A stretch of 64,000 nucleotides of DNA. Origin: Octopus sinensis. Lineage: Eukaryota. The DNA lies in contig NC_043011.1 in NCBI RefSeq assembly GCF_006345805.1, forward strand, positions 21,092,464 through 21,156,463, in the 5' to 3' direction. Below are positions 51,700-64,000 of the stretch, piece after piece. Every line of letters starts with the position of its first letter. Position 1 is the stretch's first letter. A program made the translations under genes and the position numbers. The notes under the pieces were generated by a model, which did no database searches, was not told the DNA's origin, and saw only the letters and a list, made by a program, of their open reading frames with translations.

Positions 51700-53997
51700 T
51701 ATTAAAGTCTAGCGTTCGGCTCCCGAGAAATGCATGACGCTCCCTTTCTGGTAATAGCTTGTTTGGCGAGTAGACGATCGGTGATCTTTTTGGCCTTCAT
51801 CATTTTAGTGAACTTTATCTTTGTGCAATTTACTTGAGAAAATATGCACTCCACGCAAGCTGATGAATGAGGTAACACCGTCAAATTAGTCATGAATTGT
51901 GACAGCCTCTCAAATTTAGTGCGGTCAAGCCCGTCTTTAAGCTTGCGTGTGGAATACCAGAATTCAGGGATGCTTTTTGAGGAAACAAGAATATGTTTAT
52001 CTTGCTGAAATAATCTCCACTCATCGTCTAGTTCATCAAGTTTGTTTTCTGGTGCAATTGCAGGAAAGTTTGACGCCAAGGGAATTATCGAGTGAGGAGA
52101 GTTAGTGAGATGGCGCGCTACTTTTGGATCAAGAATTTCTAAGAGGGAAAATACTCCAGCTTCATCGAGGGGAAAGCGCATTTTTATTTGAGAGCATAAT
52201 TCTATTAAAAAAATTTTGCAATCAGTTTTGAATCTAGTTGAGTCACCAACGATGGGGTTTTGTTCTAGATATCTCATTGCGCATCCACGAGGTAAATATT
52301 AGCAGATGCAGTCAAAAGTGTTCCGACTGAAACTCGACATTAAGAGCATTTACATTCTTTAATATATAATGTAAGAAGAGCAGCATGTGCTTCGTTCCTT
52401 TGTTAATCATTGTTTCATAGATCCGTTTTGCTCCGTTCACTTTTTCTACGTTAGCCTCTGACTGAAAATAAAGTACGAGGGCATCCCACTGTTCTGTTAT
52501 AACGTTAATTACATTTTCACACGACAACCATCTAGTTTGCAAAAGCTTTGGAATCTTGTTTTCTTTTGTGCCAACAACACTGTGTATCATATTGAAGTCA
52601 TTTTGACATTTGCTACTTCGAGAAAAGTAAAAAGTAAAAAGTCCTTTAAAAAGGACTCGAGATACTTCACTGCATGACTTGAACAAAGTGCAAACGAATG
52701 GCAAACACAGCCTATTGCAAATAGTCGAAATATCGTTTCTCTATAACTTTTAAAACCCGCTCTTGTTACCTATCATTTTTGAGCAATTATCGCTGGCAAA
52801 TCCAAGTATGTTACTCATAGATACATCTTCTTTTGTAAGCGTAGACGTGACAGCATCGTACAAACCTTGAGACGAACCATTTTCTACTACAATTGCATCC
52901 AGAAGAGCTTTCTTGACTTTAAGCGATTGTTCATCAAAAACAGCGAACAACTATTGCTAAGATTTGTGTCACTGAGGTGTCCGTACTCTCATCTATAAAT
53001 AATGAAAACTTCCGTTTCTTGAGAATTTCCAAGATTTCATTTGTTCATGATGTGCAATTCCGTCTTGCATAATGTATGTTAATTTTGATTTTTTCATTTG
53101 TAGATTTTTAGCTATCTTACTATCGGGAAAGGCCTTTTTTTTACAAATTTGAGCTAAGTGAATTATATGAAAGGTATGATGTTCAGCAACATAACATGTT
53201 AGTAGCAAGTCTACCTTAGCTACTTTTTCATTTAATGTATCATCTGTCTTTTTTGACAATAAATAATTTAATAGCAGATTTCGCACAATCAAAAGTTTTC
53301 TTGTGTTTGGCAGTGTTTTTATGAGCTAACAGCATTGATTTGTTAGCATTTTTCAACACAACGTTGCAACAAACGCAGTATCAGATGCCAGGATTTTTAT
53401 CATCTTGCCGTAACCAATCTTTAAGCTCAGCATCTTCCAACCACGACTTCTTGAAATTCTGGGTGTACCTCTTCCCTTTTTTTGGACACACTATTGTCTG
53501 CCATTACTTCGCAAAGCGTTACAAAACAAAAAATACACACTCAAAATGTTAAACAAATTTTAAATCGCGAGTAACAATCGAAGTGTACACCATCAACAAA
53601 ATCAAGCTGTCAACTAGCGGTTTCAGAGTTTCAGACAAGTGTACAAGCGGCCATCAATGCGTTGTAACTTGTAGTTGCGCGATATGATACAAGTATAAAC
53701 AAATAATGAATGCGTACAATCGGTAATTACGTCACATACAATATTTGTATCGATAAATTCATTACGTGAGATGATTGTGGATAATATATAGAAAGTTTAC
53801 AAAGTAGTAAAAGAGGTGCAACTTTGGTACATATAGCATACAAAGAAAGAGTATGACACCGAATTCTCTTTAAAAGATAAGTTTGCAGCCAAAACTAACT
53901 TTAAAACCCAGATTTAATATAAATTTGGAAATTAAAACCCATAAACCCATGATTGCTCAAAAAACCCCAGATCTGGATGAAAAAAACCATCACCTGA
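51700..53997 (-). mobile_element. hAT-superfamily transposon, transposase pseudogene
   Basis: N-terminal FKKSWL...CVCCNVVL...AHKNTAKH zinc finger; GFASDNCSKMIG; LLQTRWLS; LPHSSACVECIFSQVN dimerisation motif; cccagat subterminal repeats near 53890-53975; other end not found. Confidence 0.85.
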
Positions 53998-54827
53998 TAC
54001 ACACACACACACACACACACGCACGTACGTAATACATACATACATACATGCATGCATACATACATACATACATACATACATACATACATACATACATACA
54101 TACATACATACACTAGTGTGAATACGTTATTTTTAAGATAGCATGCTTTACATTGATTTCATAACATTGTATCATATATTCCTATTGTGCATATGCTAAG
54201 TGTACATATGACATGAAAGAACATTAGCAAGACATGCAACATAAAGGAAGTTCGAAAGCGAACTGTGGAAAACGTAAAATAATATGAAATGCCGATACCT
54301 TTCATATTATTGTCATCCTTTTGATGCAGACCGAGCGAAAGAAGTGTATTGTTTGTTTATATATAACATGCAGTTATATAATCAAATATTAGTTTCAAAT
54401 TTTGGTACAAGGCTACCAATTTCGGATAAGGGGTGAAGTCAATTACATCGAATCCAGGGCTCAACTGATACTTGTTTTATCGACTTCGAAAAGATGTAAT
54501 GGAAAGTCGGCCTCGGCGGAATTTGTCACATACAAAATGAAAGTGTGGCGAAGCAAGCCTATATGTAGATATTTATTAGCAATGTAATCTTAGTATTACT
54601 TATGTCGAAAAGAGAAATGCTAAACGTATATTTACCGTGGTTAAAACAATGAAATATTAATTCTTAGTAGAACGCATGCAACAGTTGAAAATGTAAAATT
54701 TAGAGCAGACAGATATAAGGTGAAATATTGCAAAGCAGTTGTTAACAGAACGGGCATTTCATATAAAAAGAAAAAAAGAACAATGCGGAATAAATGAAAG
54801 ATATTGACTGAAAAAAAAGACAATGAA

Positions 54828-54892
<65 letters not shown>

Positions 54893-55176
54893 GAAATAGA
54901 GAGAGAGAGAGAAAGAGAGAGAGGGAGACTAACGCACTCTTCCTATATTAAAGATAGCATATTTGGTAGAAAACTGGAGATTTTGCCCCTGGAAATTCGT
55001 ACATATTCCTATACACATAAACACACGCATAGGCATACATCCCACCCACATATATAAACGCACATACATATAATCCTGCTACCCTCTATTCTCTGCACCA
55101 ATATATGCATAAGCAGAAGGTAGAACGTGAAAGGTGGTAGGATTGATACAAAAATGTATTAGTACAGCGCGATTCA

Positions 55177-55292
<116 letters not shown>

Positions 55293-55311
55293 CATGTGTG
55301 ATTATATGTAC

Positions 55312-56556
55312 CTGTATGTGTTCATTAAAGATTTCTTCTGACCCGCTTCCGGTTACTGTAGGAAACGGAACTTGTACACGTATAATTATACATGTCTCTA
55401 CATGTTACATTATAAATTGCAGCTTTCCACGAGGATTTGCTTGTCTTTTATGGCTGATGAAGTGGACTAATGGAGGCAACTGAATATAGATCAGTGATCA
55501 GGTTCTTATACTTGAAAGAGACTTTCAATGAAATGAAAAAAAGTTTATGGTGACGATGCACCATCATACAACGTAGTCAAGCACTGGAATCGCCAGCTTA
55601 AATGTGGTCAGACATCGGTGGAAACCGCTCCTATTCCTGGACAACCACATTCCACCATTGATGACGACACCATTCATTAAGTGGAAGCTGCCATTTTGGA
55701 GGATCACCGTATGACTATTCGGCAACTAGCCCAAGAAGTGAAGATAAGTAGAATCCGTGGAAAGAAATCATTCTCGACCATTTGCGCATGCAGAAGTTAT
55801 TTGCACAATGGATTCCCTGGAGGCTCACACCTTTTCAGAAGCAGGAATGAATCAATTGCTCCTAGGCTCTTTTGGCAATGTGCCAAAACACGAGGACTTT
55901 TTCGGTAGACTCATCACACAAAATGAAGCATGGGTCTATCACTATGACCCTGAGACTAAAGTCCAGTCAAAACAATGGAAGCATGAAAACTCACCACCTC
56001 CAAAGAAGGCACGTGTCCAACCCTCAGCAGGCAAGATGATGCTCACAGTCTTTTGGGACCAGCGCGAAGTAGTGATGATGGATTTTCTGGCAAAGGGCAC
56101 CACAATTAATAGAGCCCATTATGTTTCTCTGCTGCAGCAATTACGGTACGCCATCAAAGCAGAGATGCGTAGCATGCTGACCAAAGGAGTTCGCCTCCTC
56201 CAAGACAACGCTCCAGTTCACAATGCGCATGTTGCCCAGATGAAAGCACACTCCTGCGGCTAGGAAATATTTCCTCATTCTCCCTTATTTTCCCAACCTC
56301 GTACCATCTGACTTCCACTTCTTTCTAGCCATGAAGTCCTTTTTTGAAGAGGAAGCACTTTTCGGATGATGATGAACTTATTTCCAGACGCAACCTACCG
56401 ACTTCTACAAACGTAGGTCTTCACAGCTACATAAATTGATGGGAGAAGTGTGTAACTATTGGTGGCTATATAGAGAAGGACCAATAATTATGCCAAGTTT
56501 CGTTTATCCCAGTCTTTGGGAAGTGGGTTAGGAGAAATCTTTAATGAACAACCCTC
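55312..56556 (+). mobile_element. Mariner (DD34D), older relative of the 24.7-kb element
   Basis: TIRs gtgttcattaaagatttc(t/c) at both ends; ITQNEAWVYHYDPETK and LQDNAPVH motifs; stops and frameshifts. Confidence 0.9.
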
Positions 56557-56812
56557 AAGCGATCTACCAGCGAAAATCAGTTGACAGAATTTTACATAAA
56601 GCTATTGCTTTATAAGTTTGTTCAGAGTTGCCCCTCTTACGTACATTCCATTGACAAGAGTCAAAAATCTCGGAACATCGATGTCTGGGAATCCCGATAG
56701 ATGGCGCCACTGAACAAACCGGGTGTTTTTACACGTTTTTACTATGAGAGATATATTCTCCACGGTAACGGCAGTGAATTTGCCTTTTAGCAGTTGATAT
56801 ATATATATATAT

Positions 56813-57766
56813 TGATATGGGGAGGTCAATTCGGAAACAACTGCTATGACTTTCGGAGAGACCTCTGCCCTTTTTCCGGTCAACGAAGGGTCGGGGAAGC
56901 TACCCTTTAAAAAGCAGGAGCTGTGAGTCTGTTAGACAGTTCGGCCGGAGACAGCGAGCTTGCGTGAGGGTCGATGCAGAGATGACAAGCGCGAGAATGA
57001 CAGTGAATGTGAAAGAGGAAGACAGGCAGATAGGATTAAGGAGCTGGGAGAGATTACGGCGAGAGGCAGCGACAGCGTTGAGAAAGACATACACAGAGGA
57101 TTGAGGAGGTGGGGGAGATTACGGCGTGAAGGCATTGGCTATTTGTAGTAAGGAGCTTGTAACGGTATATGTTTGTTTATGTTTTGATGTGTTAAAGAAG
57201 GAAAAAGAATTGTTGAAATGTAAAAGAATTGATGTGTTGAAAAAAGGAGGAAGAAGTACTGAATTAAGGAAAAGAGATTGTGAAAAGAACTGTGTTACAG
57301 AATTGCTGAAAAAGAAAGAGAAAGACTCTAATGTAGAACATTGAACTCTGAACTATATTGCATCAATTTGAACTGTATCGTTAATGTGAACGTTATTTGT
57401 TTTAATTTGATCTGAACTGATTTGTCTCTGAACTGTTATTGTATCTGCATGCTTTGATTTGTTGTTTTCTTGTTTTCTTGCATGCATTTTCTTTGATGTA
57501 CCTGATGTATTTTACATTGTATTTGTTGTCGTAATAATTGTTATAAACTGTTTTTTTTTAACGTAAGCCAAATTGCCTTCCGCCGTGTCTCTCTGTATCT
57601 CTTGCTGCTGTTGTTTGTTGTTGTTCTCTCCGGTCGCCGGTTGCCGAGTTCGCTGCCGCCTTCCCCCACTGAGTCCGTGGCGAATTCACCGTTCGATCGT
57701 CGTCGCTCGACTTGGTAGGGTCCCGGGTTTCCGAAGAGTTTGAGCGACGGCAGGTGATCCGTAACA
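56813..57766 (+). mobile_element. Probable solo LTR inserted in (TA)n
   Basis: TG...CA termini (tgatatgg...ccgtaaca), 954 bp, TA repeats on both sides, tttaaaa and ataaac candidate signals, no ORF. Confidence 0.6.
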
Positions 57767-57771
57767 ATATA

Positions 57772-57896
<125 letters not shown>

Positions 57897-58335
57897 TGGG
57901 TGTATGTGTATGCGCACGCACAAACATGTATGCGGACATACATGTCTAATTCTTTCCTCACTTACGTGTAAATATTCACCTTTCTGTATAACTTGATCAT
58001 TTATAGTGAGTCATCCACGTATATTATATTTAATCGTATGTGTGTGTGTGTATGTATGCGTACGCGTGTGTGTTGCGTCTCTTTGTCTATACATAAAAAT
58101 GTATACATATATATGTGCCCACACGCACATATATATCCATACATACAAACATACATATAAGTGCTTACATTATTTGTTTTAACCATATTCACATCTACAT
58201 ACGTGCACAAAAATACATGTTCACATACATCTACATGTAGGAATATATGGTTTAAACGAAATAATGAAATATAATATGCGCGTGCACACACATGTTATAT
58301 ATATATATATATTATATATAGTAAATGAAATAAAT

Positions 58336-58583
58336 GCGCCCTTTTAAAGCCCTGCCAGGCTCATGGGCCCAGTTTCTCGGTTTCTATGGCGTCTGTGTTC
58401 CCTAGCTGGATGGGACGCCAGTGTCCATCGCAGCGTTACTCATTTTTGCCAGCTGAGTGGACTGGAGCAACGCGAAATGAAGTGTTTTGCTCAAGAACAC
58501 AACGCGTCGCCCGGTCCAGGAATCGAAGCCACAATCTTACCATCATGATGCTGACACCCTAACCACTAAGCAACGCGCCTCCA
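58336..58583 (-). mobile_element. SINE family D variant with a third tail
   Basis: Head and central domain as at 46325-46633; tail differs. Confidence 0.75.
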
Positions 58584-58589
58584 CTATAC

Positions 58590-58614
<25 letters not shown>

Positions 58615-58636
<22 letters not shown>

Positions 58637-59400
58637 ATATAAAACTGAGAATGTGTGTCTGTCTGTCTGTCTGTTTCCCTAAAACTTGAGAACTACACAA
58701 CCAATTTCATTCAAATTTTACACATGCCCTACTTAGGATCCATGTAGTTTCATGGGCAAAAAATGTTCAACTTCTTGTCTAGAGCGAGCCCATAGCAATA
58801 TCATATCTTCTCCACTATTTCAGTATTATGTGTTAAAAGTGAAACAAAAATATTTCTCTATTTTATGTCAGATACTTTCACTTTAACAATAAAAATAATA
58901 ATAACAATTGAATTATATGTAGTAAGTAATAATTAAATTCAAACTAAAGTATAATATTATCGTAACATAACAAAAGTAGAAATAGCAATTGGTATAAAAT
59001 TGCATCAATGACTTGAACTTGAATCAGTGGTTTCACATGAATGGGAATAAATAAATAATGATATTTAAGTGCAGAAATGGAATAGTCCAGATGGATGTGC
59101 GCACGGCTTTTACATTAGTTTATTTGCTAATTAGCTAGCATTAAGCATTCTACTGAGGACCGCTGTTAGTTTATTTCTGATCCATAAAGGCCTATAGCTT
59201 CAACAGAGTACTGCTTTTTGGTTTACCGTAAGGTTTATTGTTATTATTATTTCTGTTTCACTATTGTTATCACGTTTGTTGGTTCCTCGTAAAAGAAGCG
59301 TTGTTGTGTTGCATTTGTTAAATAATTGTAAACCGTAACCCTCCTCCTTTGAGAGACGGAGCTTTGGCTATTGTTTAAAAATTGAAATGCGTCCCCGTTT
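58615..59400 (+). mobile_element. Helitron 5' part; 3' end not seen
   Basis: tatataaaactgagaatgtgtgtctgtctg...aactacacaaccaatttcattcaaatttt pattern. Confidence 0.5.
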
Positions 59401-59407
59401 GGGGAAA

Positions 59408-60786
59408 TTGGCTTGGCTTGGCTTGGCTTGGCTTGGCTTGTTTGACCTGGCTTGGTTTGATTTGGCTTGGCTTGGCTTGTTTGGCTCAGCTTGGTTTGGC
59501 TTGGCTTGGCTTGGCTTGTTTGGCTTGGGGTGGCTTGGTTTGGCTTGGCTTGGCTTGTTTGGCTTGGCTTGGTTTGGCTTGGCTTGGCTTGTTTGGCTTG
59601 GCTTGTTTGGCTTGGTTTGGTTTGGCTTCGCTTGGATTGTTTGGCCTGGCCTGGCTTGGCTTGTTTGGCTTGGCTTGGCTTGGCTTGTTTGGCTTGGCTT
59701 GGCTTGGCTTGATTGGCTTGGTTTGGGTTGGCTTATTTGGATTGGTTTGGCTTGGCTTGGCTTGGCTTGGCTTGTTTGGCTAGGCTTGGCTTAGCTTGGC
59801 TTGGCTTGTTTGGCTTGGCTTGGCTTGGTTTGGCTTGGCTTGGCTTGTTAGGCTTGGCTTGGTTTGGCTTGGCTTGGCTTCTTTGGCTTGGCTTCTTTGG
59901 CTTGGCATGGCTTGGCTTGTTTGGTTTGGCTTGGTTTGAATGGGCTTGGCTTGTATGGCTTGGATTGGTATGGCTTGGCTAGGCTTGGTTTGGTTTGGAT
60001 TGTTTGGCTTGGCTTGGCTTCGTTTGGCTTGGGTTGGCTTGTTTGGCTTGGTTTCGTTTGGCTTGGCTTGGCTTCGTTTGGCTTGGCTTGGTTTGGCTTG
60101 GCTTGGCTTGTTTAAGTTGGTTTGGCTTGTTTGACTTGGTTTGGCTTGGCTTAGCTTGGTTTGGCTTTGCTTTGCCTGTTTGGCTTGGCTTGGCTTGGCT
60201 TCTTTGACTTGGCTTGGTTTCAATTGGCTTGGCTTAATTGGCTTGGATTGGTTTGGCTTGGATTGGCTTGTTCAGCTTGGCTTGGTTTGGCTCGGCTTGG
60301 CTTGGCTTGATTTGTTTGGCTTGGTTTGGCTTGGCTCGGCTTGTTTGGCTTGGCTTGGTTTGGATTGGCTTGTTTAGCTTGGCTTTGTTTGGCTTGGTTT
60401 GTTTGGCTTAGTTTGGCTTGGTTTGGCTTGGCTTGGCTCGTTTGGTTTCGCTTGGTGTGGCTTGGCTTGGCTTGGTTTGGTTTGGTTTGACTTGGCTTCT
60501 TTGGCTTGGCTTGGCTTGTTTGGCTTGGCTTGGTTTGGCTTGGCTTGTTCGGCTTGGCTTGATTTGGCTTGACTTAACTTGACTTGGCTTGTTTTTACTT
60601 GGCTTGGTTTGGCTTGTTAAGCTTGGCTTGGCTTGTTTGGCTTGGCTTGGCTTGGTTTCACTTGGCTCTATTTAGCTTGGTTTGGCTTGTTTGGCTTGGC
60701 TTGGCTTTGCTTTGTTTAGCTTGTCTTCGCTTGTTTGGCTTGGCTTGATTTTGCTTGGCTTGGCTTTTTTGGCTTGGCTTGGTTTG
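59408..60786. repeat. (GGCTT)n pentamer satellite with GGTTT/GTTT variants
   Basis: ~1.38 kb; top strand nearly free of A. Confidence 0.95.
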
Positions 60787-61716
60787 GAGTGTTTCTGCAC
60801 AGTAGAAGTGATGGGAAACTGTTCAATCTCTCGCGTCTGCCTCCCAAGACCAAAATCAGAAGCGCCCTGATGAAGGAGATGCTATTTGCTGATGATGCCG
60901 CTCTGGTATCACACACAGAAGAAGCCCTACGAAGGCTCATCAACTGTTTTGAGAAAGCATTTGGCAACTTTGGCTTATTTATCAGCCTCAAGAAGACCAA
61001 CATCATGGGTCAGGCTACATCGGACATCCCAAACATACATATTGGAGACCACAGAGTACAGGAGGTGGAGAAGTTTACCTATCTTGGCTCTATCGTCACC
61101 TACAACCTATCCCTTGATGCTGAGCTCAATATACGCATTGGCAAGGCAGCTGCTGTGATGGCCCAACTCACCAAACGCGCATGGGACAACAATAAGCTGA
61201 CCAAGACCACAAAAATGAAGATTTACCAGGCATGTGTACTTAGCACTCTACTGTATGGAAGTGAGACTTGGACGCCATACACACGCCATACGATGCCATA
61301 CGTCGCCTAAATATCTTTCACCTGCGCTGCTTCCGGAAAATCCTTCGCATCAAATGGCAGAATCATGTCCTCAAGCAAGCAGGAATACCAAGCATGTTTG
61401 CACTCCTCACACAAAGACGTATGAGATGGCTTGAACATGTTAGCCGTATGGAAGATGGCAGAATCCCCAAGGACATACTCAACGGAGAGCTTGCTAGGGG
61501 CACTAGGTCTGTAGGAATGCCGTTCTTACGATACAAGGATGTTTGCAAAAGGGACATGGATGCCTGCAACATCAATATTACCAACTGCGAAGCAGTTGCC
61601 AGTAACCGTGGAGATTGGCGACGTACCGAAAAAGAGGGAACATAAAGGAGTGACATAGAGAGAAAGGAGAAATGGAAAGACAAGAAAAGACGTCAACAAG
61701 AAACTATGACATTACA

Positions 61717-63560
<1,844 letters not shown>

Positions 63561-64000
63561 TATATATATATATACACAGAAAATTCTATACTAAATGCTA
63601 TAAGATATGTAAAAGAAGATTAAAAAAATATTATATAAATTATGTTATATACTATTAAATATATTATGCAAAACATGTACTGATATCAGTAATAGCCTAT
63701 ACAGTATATATACACTTGTCTCACACATATAATTCACTTATAATGTGTATGTAATACATATAATCTATATACATATAGATTACAATATAATATGATACTG
63801 TACATATGGAAAGACATTACAGTATGAAACGCTCATACAAATAAAATGCAATACAGCAAAGTATATGGTGAAAAATAATATAATTTAATATAATCAAATC
63901 TAATATTGCAATTTACAGTATGTCTATCAGGAATCATGCCCACATAATATAAGAAAAATTGAAAATCGAATATGAAAATCTAAAAATACCTACAACATGA

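Noticed and set aside
59382-61310. LGLAW/AKPSQ repeat proteins and a 191-aa fusion to RT
   Set aside because: Open frames result from the A-free satellite; only the RTE RT part is real homology

Overview
AT-rich, microsatellite-dense eukaryotic (animal) DNA made almost entirely of transposable-element remnants. The SINE repertoire and TA/CA/CATA tracts resemble what I recall of octopus (coleoid cephalopod) genomes; that is an inference, not verified. I found no host exon I can support, so the window is probably intergenic or a long intron, and most listed ORFs are microsatellite translations. Recognisable content: (1) many tRNA-derived SINEs of four families; (2) decayed LINEs of the RTE, CR1-like and R4/Dong-like clades; (3) Penelope-like (PLE) RT and GIY-YIG fragments; (4) three mariners and one DD37D-type ITm element; (5) a hAT transposase pseudogene and several MITEs; (6) Helitrons, one with a helicase fragment; (7) a solo LTR; (8) a 1.4-kb (GGCTT)n array. 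The strongest unexpected signal is seven hammerhead-ribozyme (HHR) motifs from about six unrelated sequence contexts. Three have complete cores (7.0, 30.9 and 31.3 kb), and the 30.9-kb one has an extended type I fold. Several local rearrangements are also visible: an 80-bp perfect inverted duplication, a triplicated RTE tail with acquired inverted ends, a ~2-kb duplication ending exactly at a Helitron 3' end, and a head-to-head SINE hairpin. All folds and alignments were done by eye, and element boundaries are approximate unless TIRs or TSDs are quoted.
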